Positions 38,379-48,053 are shown, counted from the stretch's first letter. The stretch is 64,000 nt of DNA from Vicinamibacterales bacterium (GCA_965207595.1 CBDBMW010000012.1:1154462-1218461); one strand, 5' to 3'. Notes: a model not told the origin generated them from the letters alone. A program made the numbers and translations.

Positions 38379-40936
38379 GTCACGCGTTTCACCGCTATCT
38401 CTGTCAGCAGCTCGGCGACCGGCTGCTCCGGCGGCGCGTGGTCGTTTTCTACGACCCGCGACGGGAGTTCGAGTCTTTCTTCGACGAGCTGGATGAGGCC
38501 GGCACGGGACTGGGTGATTTGCCCCGCGTATTTCTGGACAGTCAACCGGACCCGACCGCGCATCTCGCTCTGTTCAAGGGTTCGTTCTTCGGGCTTCGTG
38601 CGGCGGTCGAGCCCGTCGTTGAGCTCGACAAGCCGGAGTTCCTCATCATTTATGTTCCTGGCGCGTCCCGTGACCGCAGAGGCTCGGTGTTGATGGAGCT
38701 CGAGAAGGGCGGTACGTGCTACGAGCCTCAGCTCAAGCGCCTCGCCCGCAGTCAGTTGCGTCGGTTCCATACGGACGGCGTCATCGACGGATTGTTGGCA
38801 TCAGATAGGGTCACGTACCATGACATAGCCGGGTTCTTGGTGCAATCCGAAACCGGTGGCACGCAGGCCTCGATGCTGCGAACCGTTTTCGGCGGGGCCT
38901 CGAGCGAGGTACTGCTCGCGCGCTGGCTGGCGGACGACGGCCAGGACAAAATGATCGTCGAGAAGGCTGCGACCATCGAGTTGCTCAAGCTAATCGAGGC
39001 GCGGCTCGGATGCGTGTTGGGGCCGGACACCCCTGTGGCTGCCGCACGGGCCAAGGTCCTGCGGTATGTGTTGGCCAATGATTTCCGGTCGGACTTGGAC
39101 TGCGAGTCGCCGGCCGGCCTTTCAATGATTCCCGCACCGGACACGCGGGAGCAGGCCGAACGCGTCCGGCATGTCGCCACCCGACTGCGCGACGCGCACG
39201 CCGATGCGTATGAAGTACTCGCCGACGAGGTAGAGCACGCGCTCGGTTTGCACGTCACAAGCATCGACCCAGCGCACCTCGGTTCGGTGGACACCTTCCG
39301 CTTCGAGGAGCGCTCCTTGCTGGCACACGCCGGCGTGCTGATCGCCAGGACGACATACGAGAAGGCCCTCGACATCATCTCGCACCGGTCGCGGTCTTTC
39401 TGGATTGGTCGCGGCGTGCGGCACCGCGCGCAGTGGGAAGCCTGCCGGCTGATGGCCGAGCTCGGCCAAGCGGTCGAGGACGTCGTCCCCGAGATCTCCA
39501 GTTTGTCCTCGAAGGCGGACATTGATGCCGCGTCCTGGGTGGACGCTTACACCCACCCCGATGGCTGGAACCGCATCGACCTGCTGCAGCGGAATCTTGA
39601 GGCCTGGATCGCGAAGATGGACGATGAGCCCGAGGCCGAGCAGGCGCTCGGCGTCGTGCGACGGCGTCACGAGGATGCGCTCAAGAAGATGGCCGACGGG
39701 TTCTCGCGAGCCCTAGTTGAGTCACGCTGGACGGTCTCGGCGCTTCAACAGACGCGCATCTACCCCGACGTCGTCGAGGCGATGGGTGGGCGCGTTGGCT
39801 ACTTTCTCGTGGACGCGATGCGTTACGAAATGGGCGTTGACTTGGCGAAGCAGCTTCAACAGTTCAGGGATGTTACTGTGCGACCTGCTATTGCCACGCT
39901 TCCCTCCATTACGCCTCTCGGCATGGCGGCGCTCTTGCCTGGAGCTTCGTCGAGTTACTCCATCGTGGAGCAGAAGGGCCGCCTAGCCGCCCGCGTTCGC
40001 GACACGGTCATGCCGTCGCTCTCGGAGCGGATGAGACACCTGCGGGCCGTACGCCCGGATGTGAAGGACCTCGACCTGGGCGAGTTGCTCCAGAGGAGCA
40101 CGAGGTCTCTTGCCCGGACTCTCGACAGCGTACCTCTGCTCGTGGTTCGGTCGCAGGCCATCGACGGGCTCGGTGAGATGGAGGGCGGCCTGCTGGCGCG
40201 TCACATTATGGACACGGTCGTGGGCAACATCGCTCGCGCCGTGCGCAAGCTGGCGAAGCTCGGGTTCGGCTCTTTCGTGATCACGGCGGACCATGGGCAC
40301 CAGTTCTCGGTGCGCAAGGGCGAAGACATGCAGCTCGACAGTCCCGGCGGTGAGACGGTGGACCTGCACCGTCGGTACTGGGCCGGCCGCGGAGGCCGGA
40401 CGCCCGCCGGCTGCGTGCGCGTGAGCGCGGCGGAGCTCGGTTATGACACGGATCTGGAGTTCGTTTTCCCGGAGGGCCTCGCCGTGTTCCGGACGGGAGG
40501 GAACCTAGCCTTCCATCACGGGGGCATCAGCCTCCAGGAGGTCGTCGTACCGGTCGTCTGCTTGCGACTGCCGACAGCGACGGCTCCGGAGCGCGCAGCG
40601 GTCGTCGTTCAACTGACGAACGTACCGAAAGCTGTGACCAACCGGACCATCGGCGTGCGTGTCGTCCTCTCGGCCCACCTGTTTTCGACTGAGCCCATGC
40701 CTCTGAGAGTGGTACTCGTGTCCGGAGGAGAAGAGGTCGGGCGAGCGGGCATGGTGCTGGACGCGGAGTTCGATCGCACAACCGGCGTCCTGCAGGTGAC
40801 CCCAGGAACCGCAGCAACCGTAGGCTTGATGCTAACTCGGGACGACTGCCAGACGGTTCGCGTCGTTGCCCAGGATCCGGCGACTGATGCCGTCTTGGAC
40901 CAATCGGAAGAGTTGCCCGTGAAACTAGGAATCTGA
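38375..40936 (+). CDS. pglZ: BREX alkaline-phosphatase-superfamily protein PglZ
   Basis: The GTG start overlaps the pglX stop (GTGA). The PglZ-domain block is FVITADHGHQF. Its size (853 aa) and position fit PglZ. Confidence 0.95.
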   Translation: MSHAFHRYLCQQLGDRLLRRRVVVFYDPRREFESFFDELDEAGTGLGDLPRVFLDSQPDPTAHLALFKGSFFGLRAAVEPVVELDKPEFLIIYVPGASRDRRGSVLMELEKGGTCYEPQLKRLARSQLRRFHTDGVIDGLLASDRVTYHDIAGFLVQSETGGTQASMLRTVFGGASSEVLLARWLADDGQDKMIVEKAATIELLKLIEARLGCVLGPDTPVAAARAKVLRYVLANDFRSDLDCESPAGLSMIPAPDTREQAERVRHVATRLRDAHADAYEVLADEVEHALGLHVTSIDPAHLGSVDTFRFEERSLLAHAGVLIARTTYEKALDIISHRSRSFWIGRGVRHRAQWEACRLMAELGQAVEDVVPEISSLSSKADIDAASWVDAYTHPDGWNRIDLLQRNLEAWIAKMDDEPEAEQALGVVRRRHEDALKKMADGFSRALVESRWTVSALQQTRIYPDVVEAMGGRVGYFLVDAMRYEMGVDLAKQLQQFRDVTVRPAIATLPSITPLGMAALLPGASSSYSIVEQKGRLAARVRDTVMPSLSERMRHLRAVRPDVKDLDLGELLQRSTRSLARTLDSVPLLVVRSQAIDGLGEMEGGLLARHIMDTVVGNIARAVRKLAKLGFGSFVITADHGHQFSVRKGEDMQLDSPGGETVDLHRRYWAGRGGRTPAGCVRVSAAELGYDTDLEFVFPEGLAVFRTGGNLAFHHGGISLQEVVVPVVCLRLPTATAPERAAVVVQLTNVPKAVTNRTIGVRVVLSAHLFSTEPMPLRVVLVSGGEEVGRAGMVLDAEFDRTTGVLQVTPGTAATVGLMLTRDDCQTVRVVAQDPATDAVLDQSEELPVKLGI

Positions 40937-40940
40937 GACC

Positions 40941-42974
40941 GTGAGCGATGGGATGGGACCGACCAGGGACGCTCTGGACGACAAGGTGAACCGGGTGTTC
41001 GCCGGGAAGGTTGTCCGCAAGGACCTGGTGCGTAGAGTCAAGGTGGGCGCCAATGTTCCGGTGTTTGTCCTCGAGTATCTGCTGGGCAAGTACTGCGCCT
41101 CATCCGACGAAACGGCGATCCAGATGGGTCTTCAAGTCGTCAACGACACGTTGGCCGACAACTACATCCGCCCGGACGAGTCCACGAAGGCGCAGAGCCG
41201 AGTTAAGGAGCAAGGTCTCCACACGTTCATCGACAAGGTTAAGGTGCGCCTTACCGACTCACGCTACTGGGCCGAAGTTGCCAATTTCGGCAACAAATAC
41301 GTACATGTCCCGGAGAACTACGTCCGCGACTACGATCGCCTTCTTACCGGCGGCATCTGGGCACAGATCGACATGACCTGGGACGATACGGATGAGAAGG
41401 CGCCCTTCTACATCTCGAAGCTGACCCCCATTCAGCTTGCCACGTTCGATTTCGAGGAATACCGTCGCCTTCGAGCCGAGTTTACGACCGACGAGTGGAT
41501 CGACTTCATCGTGCGCAGCATGGGCTACGAGCCGACAACGATGGAACGTCGACTCAAGCTGCTCTTCCTCAGCCGCATCGTTCCATTGTGCGAGCGCAAC
41601 TACAATATGGTCGAGCTCGGGCCACGAGGCACCGGCAAGAGCTACGCCATCCAAGAGATCTCGCCGTATTCCGCGCTTCTGACCGGGCCGACTACCGTAG
41701 CGAATCTCTTCGGCCACATGACGGGTCGGCACAAGGGCATGGTGCAGATCTGGGACGTCGTGGGCTTCGACGAGGTTGCCGACCTGCAGAAGATGCCCAA
41801 GGAGGTCATCACGACGCTAAAGACCTACTGCGAGTCGGGGCAGTTCCAACGGGGCCAAGAGGCCATGGCGGGCTACGCGAGCATCGCGATGTTTGGCAAC
41901 ACGCAGCAGCCTGTTGAGGTTATGGTTCAGGCTGGACACTTGTTCACTCCGTTGCCGGACGTCATCCGCGACGACATGGCCTTCATCGACCGGCTGCACT
42001 TCTATCTGCCCGGCTGGGAAGTGCCCAACATGCGCAGCGAGCACTTCACGGACCACTACGGCTTCGTTGTCGACTACCTCGCGGAAGCGCTGCGCGACCT
42101 GCGCAGGATGAGTTTCACTGAGACGCTCGACCGTCATTTCTCGCTGGGGGCTCAGCTCAACGCTCGTGATCGCAAGGCCGTCCGTCGCACCGTGTCCGGT
42201 CTGATCAAGATCCTGCATCCTCATGGGGAAGTCCAGGTCGACGATCTTGAGGAGATCCTCGCTTTCGCCCTTGAGGGCCGGCGTCGGGTGAAGGAGCAGC
42301 TCAAGAAGATGGGCGCCTTCGAGTACTACCATACATCGTTCAGCTACCTCACTACGGACACAGGCGAGGAGCGTTTCGTAGGCGTTCCCGAGCAGGGCGG
42401 TCGCGATCTCCTTTCTCCCGATCCTCTTCCGCCTGGCACCGTCTATGCGGCCTCGGTCGGCGGCGACGGCACGGCGGGTTTATACCGGATCGAGGTCAGC
42501 ATCTCCCATGGCACCGGCAAGCTGAAGCGTGCCGGCGGAGTCTTGGGGGCTATGAAGGAGTCCATTCAGCGAGCCTTCGGCTACCTTCTTTCGAACAAGA
42601 GCAGCTTCGGCGTCGCCCGCGAGGTCGACACGTCGGACTTTTACGTCGAGGTCATCGACCTGCTTGGCAACCGCGTGGAGGCCGAAGTCGGCGTGGCCTT
42701 CTTCGTCGCCGCTTGCTCCGTTCTCCGCACAGCAGCGGCGCAGCCGGGTCTCCTGGTCCTCGGCGACATGAGTATCCAAGGCAACATCAAGGCGGTGCGT
42801 TCCCTGGCCGGGCCGCTTCAGATCGCCATGGACAACGGCGCGCGCCGAGCCCTGATCCCCATCGAGAACAAGCGTCAGTTCCTGGAAGTGACCACTGACG
42901 TTCTCGAGCGGGTGGATCCGGTTTTCTACGGTGACCTGCGACAGGCAGCTTTCAAGGCACTCGGGTTAGCTTGA
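40941..42974 (+). CDS. brxL: BREX Lon-like protease/ATPase BrxL
   Basis: The conserved N-terminus is VNRVFAGKVVRKDLVRRVKVGANVPVFVLEYLLGKYCAS. The Walker A is GPRGTGKSY. A C-terminal Lon-protease-like domain is present. An alternative ATG lies at 40950. Confidence 0.95.
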   Translation: MSDGMGPTRDALDDKVNRVFAGKVVRKDLVRRVKVGANVPVFVLEYLLGKYCASSDETAIQMGLQVVNDTLADNYIRPDESTKAQSRVKEQGLHTFIDKVKVRLTDSRYWAEVANFGNKYVHVPENYVRDYDRLLTGGIWAQIDMTWDDTDEKAPFYISKLTPIQLATFDFEEYRRLRAEFTTDEWIDFIVRSMGYEPTTMERRLKLLFLSRIVPLCERNYNMVELGPRGTGKSYAIQEISPYSALLTGPTTVANLFGHMTGRHKGMVQIWDVVGFDEVADLQKMPKEVITTLKTYCESGQFQRGQEAMAGYASIAMFGNTQQPVEVMVQAGHLFTPLPDVIRDDMAFIDRLHFYLPGWEVPNMRSEHFTDHYGFVVDYLAEALRDLRRMSFTETLDRHFSLGAQLNARDRKAVRRTVSGLIKILHPHGEVQVDDLEEILAFALEGRRRVKEQLKKMGAFEYYHTSFSYLTTDTGEERFVGVPEQGGRDLLSPDPLPPGTVYAASVGGDGTAGLYRIEVSISHGTGKLKRAGGVLGAMKESIQRAFGYLLSNKSSFGVAREVDTSDFYVEVIDLLGNRVEAEVGVAFFVAACSVLRTAAAQPGLLVLGDMSIQGNIKAVRSLAGPLQIAMDNGARRALIPIENKRQFLEVTTDVLERVDPVFYGDLRQAAFKALGLA

Positions 42975-43020
42975 CAGCGCGGTCCGCTCCGGCTCGGCAA
43001 GGAGACTGGCAGGCCGACCG

Positions 43021-44151
43021 ATGTACGACGCGATCGTGATCGGCGTCGGCGGGATGGGGAGCGCAACGCTCTACCACCTCGCGCGGAGCGGCGCCAAGGT
43101 GCTGGGCCTGGAGCAGTTCGGCATCCCGCACGCCTTCGGCTCGTCGCACGGGTCGACGCGCATCATCCGGCTGGCGTACTCCGAGGGACCGGAGTACGTC
43201 CCGCTGCTGCGCGCCGCGTATCGCTACTGGCGCGAGCTCGAGACGGTCTCGGGCCGGTCGATCCTGCACGTCACGGGCGGGCTCGATATCGGACCGGAGG
43301 GAAGCTGGACCGTCGAGGGCTCGCGCCGGTCGTGCGTGGAGCACGGGCTCGCGTTCGAGGAGCTCGACGGCGCGGAGGTCAACCGCCGCTTCCCCGGCTA
43401 CCGGCTGCCGGACGCGATGCGGGCGGTCCACCAGCCCGACGGCGGCTACGTCCGCTCTGAGGTCGCCATCGAGGCGTACGCCGCGGCGGCGCGGGCCGCG
43501 GGCGCCGAGATCCTGACCGACGCCACCGTCCGCGGCTGGGAGCGCCGCGGGGCAGGGTGGCGCGTGCAGGCCGCCGGCGAGCGGTACGACGCTCGCAAGC
43601 TGGTCGTCACCGCCGGCCCCTGGGTGGGCGCCCTGCTGCCGGACCTGCAGGCGGCCTGCCGGCCCGAGCGGCAGGTGATGCTCTGGACCGAGCCGTTACG
43701 CGTCGACCTGTTCGAGCCCGGACGCTTCCCTGTCTTCAACATGGAGTCGCCGTCCGGACGCTACTACGGTTTCCCCGACGATCGTGGCGAGGGCTTCAAG
43801 ATCGGCAGGTACTACCATCTGCGGCAACAGGTGCGCGATCCGAGCCGCATGGACCGGGAGTGCCATCCGGAGGACGAAGCCGTCCTGCGCGGGGGAATCG
43901 CGGCCTACTTCCCGGAGGCCAACGGCTCTACCCGGCGGATGGCGGCGTGCCTGTTCACGAACACGCCGGATTCCGACTTCATCCTGGACCGCGCTCCCGG
44001 CATGGGCGACGTCTTCGTCGCGGCCGGGTTCTCCGGGCACGGCTTCAAGTTCTGCAGCGTCGTCGGCCGCGTCATGGCCGACTTCTGCCTCGACCGCCCG
44101 CCGCGGTGGGACCTCGGCCGCTTCCGGCTCTCGCCCGATCGGTTCCGATAG
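43021..44151 (+). CDS. solA: N-methyl-L-tryptophan oxidase / monomeric sarcosine oxidase family flavoprotein
   Basis: It has the FAD dinucleotide fold YDAIVIGVGGMGSATLYHLARSG. GSSHGSTRIIRLAY and the C-terminal GFSGHGFKF blocks are typical of MSOX/MTOX. Confidence 0.85.
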   Translation: MYDAIVIGVGGMGSATLYHLARSGAKVLGLEQFGIPHAFGSSHGSTRIIRLAYSEGPEYVPLLRAAYRYWRELETVSGRSILHVTGGLDIGPEGSWTVEGSRRSCVEHGLAFEELDGAEVNRRFPGYRLPDAMRAVHQPDGGYVRSEVAIEAYAAAARAAGAEILTDATVRGWERRGAGWRVQAAGERYDARKLVVTAGPWVGALLPDLQAACRPERQVMLWTEPLRVDLFEPGRFPVFNMESPSGRYYGFPDDRGEGFKIGRYYHLRQQVRDPSRMDRECHPEDEAVLRGGIAAYFPEANGSTRRMAACLFTNTPDSDFILDRAPGMGDVFVAAGFSGHGFKFCSVVGRVMADFCLDRPPRWDLGRFRLSPDRFR

Positions 44152-44316
44152 GAGCTGGGTAGGTCGACGGCGTCCGCTGCCTCTTCCTCGCCCCCGCTCG
44201 ACCGCCGCGCCACGGCCTCGCGCACGTCCAGCAGGATCTGCCGGCGGCGACTCCCAGCCCGCCGACGGCAGCCGCGACTACGGAGCCGGGAACGGCGGTC
44301 GTTGGCCGCCACGCGG

Positions 44317-45546
44317 TCAGGGACCGTCGCCCTCCAGGGCGCCGAGGGGGGCGCCGCGCAGGAAGTCGGTGAGCGACTGGTGCCGCACGCCCTGCAGGTC
44401 GGCGGGCTGGTGCGGGTCGAGCGTCAGCAGCACGCGCAGGTAGGCGTCGCGGACCGCGGAGAGCGCCGACAACTCGCGCTCGATCGTGGCGGGCGACTCG
44501 AGCAGGTAGGCCACCTGCACGTAGCAGCGCCCGGAGCGTCGCTCGGCGACGAAGTCGATCTCCTGCGATCCGGCTACCCCCACCGTCACGGTGTAGCCGC
44601 GACGGCGCAGCTCCAGGAACACCAGGTTCTCCAGGACCCCGCCGATGTCGCCCTCGCGGTAGCCGACGACCCCGTTGCGCAGGCCGACGTCGCCCAGGTA
44701 GTGCTTCTGATTCACCTGCAGCAGGCGCCGGCCGCGCAGGTCGAAGCGCGGCACCGGCGTCAGCAGGAACGCGTCGGCCAGGTGCGCCAGGTAGTTCAGC
44801 ACGGTGTCGACCGCCGTCGTTCGGCGCTGGCTCTTCAGGAAGTCGGCAATGCGCTTGGCGGACACCAAGCTGCCGATGCTGTCGACCGCGAATCGCAGTA
44901 TCGCCTCGAACAGCGCGACGTCGCGGATGCGGTGACGGCGGATCACGTCCCGGACTGCGATGGTGCTGACCATGTCCGCCAGCATCTGGTCGACCACGAG
45001 ATCGCTCAGGTCGGTGTGGAGCAGCCCGGGGAGCCCGCCGATGCGCAGGTAGAGCCGGAACAGCTCGGCGTCGTCGGGCGTCGCCCCGGGACGCTGCCGG
45101 TACAGGTCGCCGAACTCGGCCAACGTGAGGGGAAAGACCTGCAGCGTGACGTAGCGGCCAGCGATGAGCGTCGCGAGCTCGGCCGAGAGCAGCGTTGCGT
45201 TAGAGCCGGAGATGACCACCTCCGTGCCCTCCTCGCCGTTCAGCGACGCGACCGCACGCTCCCATTCCGCGATCTGCTGCACCTCGTCCACGATCACGAC
45301 CCGCGGCTCGCCGCGACGGGTCGTGGACTCCACGAGGTCGATGAGATCGCGCGCCGTCCGCACCGGCTCGAACGCGAACGCTTCCTTGTCGACGTAGACC
45401 ACCTGCCGTTCGTCCCGCAGCGAGGCCGCGAACTGCCGCAGCAGGACGCTCTTGCCGGCCCGCCGGATGCCCGTCACCGCCGTGATCGCGGGGGCGTCCA
45501 GGAACTGCCGGAGACGATCGAGGTAATGGCGCCGGAGTAGTTCCAT
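44317..45546 (-). CDS. AAA_14 / DUF4143 family ATPase
   Basis: MELLRRHYLDRLRQFLDAPAITAVTGIRRAGKSVLL (P-loop), VIVDEVQ (Walker B) and a DUF4143-like C-terminal half. Confidence 0.9.
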   Translation of the reverse strand: MELLRRHYLDRLRQFLDAPAITAVTGIRRAGKSVLLRQFAASLRDERQVVYVDKEAFAFEPVRTARDLIDLVESTTRRGEPRVVIVDEVQQIAEWERAVASLNGEEGTEVVISGSNATLLSAELATLIAGRYVTLQVFPLTLAEFGDLYRQRPGATPDDAELFRLYLRIGGLPGLLHTDLSDLVVDQMLADMVSTIAVRDVIRRHRIRDVALFEAILRFAVDSIGSLVSAKRIADFLKSQRRTTAVDTVLNYLAHLADAFLLTPVPRFDLRGRRLLQVNQKHYLGDVGLRNGVVGYREGDIGGVLENLVFLELRRRGYTVTVGVAGSQEIDFVAERRSGRCYVQVAYLLESPATIERELSALSAVRDAYLRVLLTLDPHQPADLQGVRHQSLTDFLRGAPLGALEGDGP

Positions 45547-45778
45547 GGTTTCGGATGTGCAAGAACAAGCGCGCAGATCATGAAGTAGCTTCGATCATAA
45601 TCGAAATCCATTACAGTAGGGGACCTCGACGCGCGCCCGCTGGCCAACGCGCATCGCCTCCAACCGGTGCTCGAAGACCTCGACGTCCCCGCACACCGCA
45701 CCGGGGCACGCCGGAACCCGGGGAGCTTTGAGCAATATTTGCGAGTTTATGGATGAAACCTAAACTGCGTAAGACCTA

Positions 45779-45784
45779 TATAAT
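45779..45784 (+). promoter_or_regulatory. TATAAT -10-like hexamer 7 nt upstream of the GTG at 45792 (possible leaderless transcript)
   Basis: Read directly. It is embedded in the only AT-rich intergenic stretch of the window. No good -35 was found. Confidence 0.3.
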
Positions 45785-45791
45785 TCTCCCG

Positions 45792-46979
45792 GTGGAGCCC
45801 ATCAGCAATCCCTACGCACCGGGAGCCGGCACACCTCCCCCGGAACTGGCCGGGCGGGACGAGCTGCGCGACAAGGTCCGGATCGCGCTTGCTCGGGTGC
45901 GACTCGCCCGTCCGGCAAAGAGCGTCCTGATGGTCGGCCTGCGCGGGGTCGGCAAGACCGTTCTGCTCGACCGCATGCGGGAAGAGGCGGAGGCGGCCGG
46001 CACGCGAACTCTGTTCGTCGAGGCCCCCGAGGACCGATCCCTCCCCGCGATGCTCGCACCCCGGCTACGGGAAGCCCTGTTGAAGCTGTCCCGCCACGAC
46101 AGGGCGCGAGACCGGGCGCAGCGGGCACTGCGGGGGCTGGCCGGCTTCGCGCGGGCTCTCAAGGTGAAGTACGAGGACATTGAAGTGGGCGTCGATTTCG
46201 ACCCCGAACCGGGACTGGCCGACAACGGCGACCTCGAGCAGGATCTGACGGAGCTGCTGCTGGCAGCCGGGACGGCAGCCAGGGAAGCCGGCACCGCCTT
46301 GTCCCTGTTCGTGGACGAGCTGCAGTACGTGGACGAGCGCGAACTGGCGGCCCTCATTACCGCGCTGCACCGCGCAGCGCAGCGTCAATCGCCGGTGGTG
46401 CTCGTCGGCGCCGGACTGCCGCAGTTGCGCGCCCGCACGGGGCGGGCCAAGTCGTACGCCGAACGGCTCTTCGATTTCCCGGAGATCGGGGCGCTCGCTC
46501 CGGAAGCGGCGCGAAAGGCCATCGAGAAGCCCGCGCGTGCCGAGGGAGTGGCGATTACCAACGATGCGCTGCAGGAGATCCTCGCGCGGACCCGCCTCTA
46601 CCCGTACTTCCTGCAGGAATGGGGCAAGCACGCCTGGGATGCCGCCGAAGCATCGCCGATCGACCTGGGCGACGTCGAACGGGCATCCGCGACGGCAACC
46701 GCCGCGCTCGACGAGAGCTTCTTCCGGGTTCGATTCGACCGCCTGACCCCTTCCGAGCGTCGCTACCTGCGCGCCATGGCCGAGCTCGGTCCGGGGCCGC
46801 ATCGGTCGGGGGACATCGCGCGAATCCTCGAACGGCCGGTGACGTCGCTCGGCCCGACCAGAAGCCAGTTGATCGCAAAGGGCATGGTCTGGAGCCCGAG
46901 CCACGGCGATACCGCCTTCACCGTGCCGCTCTTCGATCAGTTCATGCAGCGCATCATGCCGGACGACGACTGGCGGTGA
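45792..46979 (+). CDS. Archaeal-ATPase-like (AAA_16/Arch_ATPase-type) ATP-binding protein with a C-terminal wHTH
   Basis: It has SNPYAPGAGTPPPELAGRDELRD, then the P-loop GLRGVGKTVLL and Walker B LFVDELQ. The C-terminal block is LTPSERRYLRAMAELGP...GDIARIL. I prefer the GTG at 45792 because the 13 codons after the listed ATG (45753) are AT-rich non-coding-like sequence holding a TATAAT box. Confidence 0.8.
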   Translation: MEPISNPYAPGAGTPPPELAGRDELRDKVRIALARVRLARPAKSVLMVGLRGVGKTVLLDRMREEAEAAGTRTLFVEAPEDRSLPAMLAPRLREALLKLSRHDRARDRAQRALRGLAGFARALKVKYEDIEVGVDFDPEPGLADNGDLEQDLTELLLAAGTAAREAGTALSLFVDELQYVDERELAALITALHRAAQRQSPVVLVGAGLPQLRARTGRAKSYAERLFDFPEIGALAPEAARKAIEKPARAEGVAITNDALQEILARTRLYPYFLQEWGKHAWDAAEASPIDLGDVERASATATAALDESFFRVRFDRLTPSERRYLRAMAELGPGPHRSGDIARILERPVTSLGPTRSQLIAKGMVWSPSHGDTAFTVPLFDQFMQRIMPDDDWR

Positions 46980-46989
46980 CCCGGGCACC

Positions 46990-47010
46990 CTCGGCCCGGT
47001 CGCGGCCGAG
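46990..47010 (+). terminator. Stem-loop after the ATPase gene (CTCGGCC-cggtcgc-GGCCGAG)
   Basis: A 7-bp perfect stem with a 7-nt loop, 11 nt after the stop. It has no U-tract. Confidence 0.35.
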
Positions 47011-47090
47011 AGCTGGGCGGCGACCGCCCCGGACACCCAGGGCTCGGCCCACCATGGCCCGGCAGCCCCCTCGTCGAGCCGGTGGGGGCG

Positions 47091-47954
47091 CTACTCGTAG
47101 TACTCGGGGGACTTCCGCAGCGACTCGTGGTGGGCGTAGTCGTGCTCGATCCAGAGCTCGGCCCCCGTCTCTTCCATGAAGGCGTCGAGCTTCTCGAACG
47201 AAGCCCGCGTCTGCGCCTCGTCGAAGTTGAACGTCGGGACCCGCCTGAACTCGTAGCTCGGGGCCGTGTGGTAGAGGTCGCCGCTCAGCACGATGGGGCC
47301 TGTCTCCGCCAGATCGACGAACAGGACCTGGTGCCCCGGGGTGTGTCCGGGCGCCGACACGATGACCACCTTCCCGTCGCCGAAGACGTCGTGGTCGTCG
47401 TCGCCCTCGATGACGATCGTCTCGCTGTGCTCCAGCTCGCTGTAGATCTCCGGCGTCCCCCAGCCGACGCCCTCGGTCTCGCCGGAGAAGGCATACTCCC
47501 GCTCCGCTTCGCGGGCCAGCCAGATCGAGTCCTTGAAGGCGTTCGCGTTGCCGGCGTGATCGCCGTGCATGTGCGACATCGCCACGTAGGTGATGTCGCC
47601 GAAGGCGTAGCCCAGCTCGGCCAGTTGGCTCTCGAGCGTGTTCTCTGCGTCGGGAGGGAAGGGCAGGCCGGTATCCCACACCAGCGTCCCCTGCGGATGC
47701 TCGATGAGATAGCAGGGCACGGCCATGTCCCGCGACGGCACCTCGTCCGGGGCCAGCGAGAGAATCTCCAGGATCTCGTCGACCATGAAGATGTAGCCGC
47801 AATCGAGCACGTACAGCCGTGTGCTGCCCGCCTCCTGCGACTGCGCCCGTGCGGGCTCCACCTCGCCGGTCGCCAGGGGAGCGGCGGCGAACGCGCCGAG
47901 CACGCCGGCCGCGACGAGGGCGAGGAACGTCCACGCGGTTCTCCCAAGCGCCAT
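47091..47954 (-). CDS. Secreted MBL-fold hydrolase, N-acyl-homoserine-lactonase-like
   Basis: It has a signal peptide and the HxHxDH motif (SHMHGDHAGN). APGHTPGH and the overall layout resemble AiiA/AttM-type lactonases. Confidence 0.75.
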   Translation of the reverse strand: MALGRTAWTFLALVAAGVLGAFAAAPLATGEVEPARAQSQEAGSTRLYVLDCGYIFMVDEILEILSLAPDEVPSRDMAVPCYLIEHPQGTLVWDTGLPFPPDAENTLESQLAELGYAFGDITYVAMSHMHGDHAGNANAFKDSIWLAREAEREYAFSGETEGVGWGTPEIYSELEHSETIVIEGDDDHDVFGDGKVVIVSAPGHTPGHQVLFVDLAETGPIVLSGDLYHTAPSYEFRRVPTFNFDEAQTRASFEKLDAFMEETGAELWIEHDYAHHESLRKSPEYYE

Positions 47955-48020
47955 TGCCGTTCTCCCTTCCTAGCCCGGGAACCGTCGCCTGCGGCTCCGA
48001 TTCCCGCCCAGCCGGCCTAC

Positions 48021-48053
48021 AGGAGTCCATGCCGTTCTACGGCGCGGACTCCT
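48021..48053. repeat. REP-like hairpin AGGAGTCC-N17-GGACTCCT
   Basis: 8-bp perfect outer stem with an inner GCCGT/ACGGC stem. It lies 52 nt 3' of the cyclase gene. Confidence 0.6.

Noticed and set aside
28625-43020. Mobile-element boundaries (integrase, transposase, att direct repeats) for the BREX island.
   Set aside because: I found no recombinase-like ORF on either strand and no convincing direct repeat between the two borders. The island call rests on GC content and gene content only.
45753-45791. The ATG at 45753 as the start of the Arch_ATPase-like gene.
   Set aside because: The 13 codons MKPKLRKTYIILP are AT-rich, unlike the rest of the gene, and they contain the TATAAT box. Family-typical sequence starts at the GTG at 45792. 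The ATG start is not excluded without experimental data.
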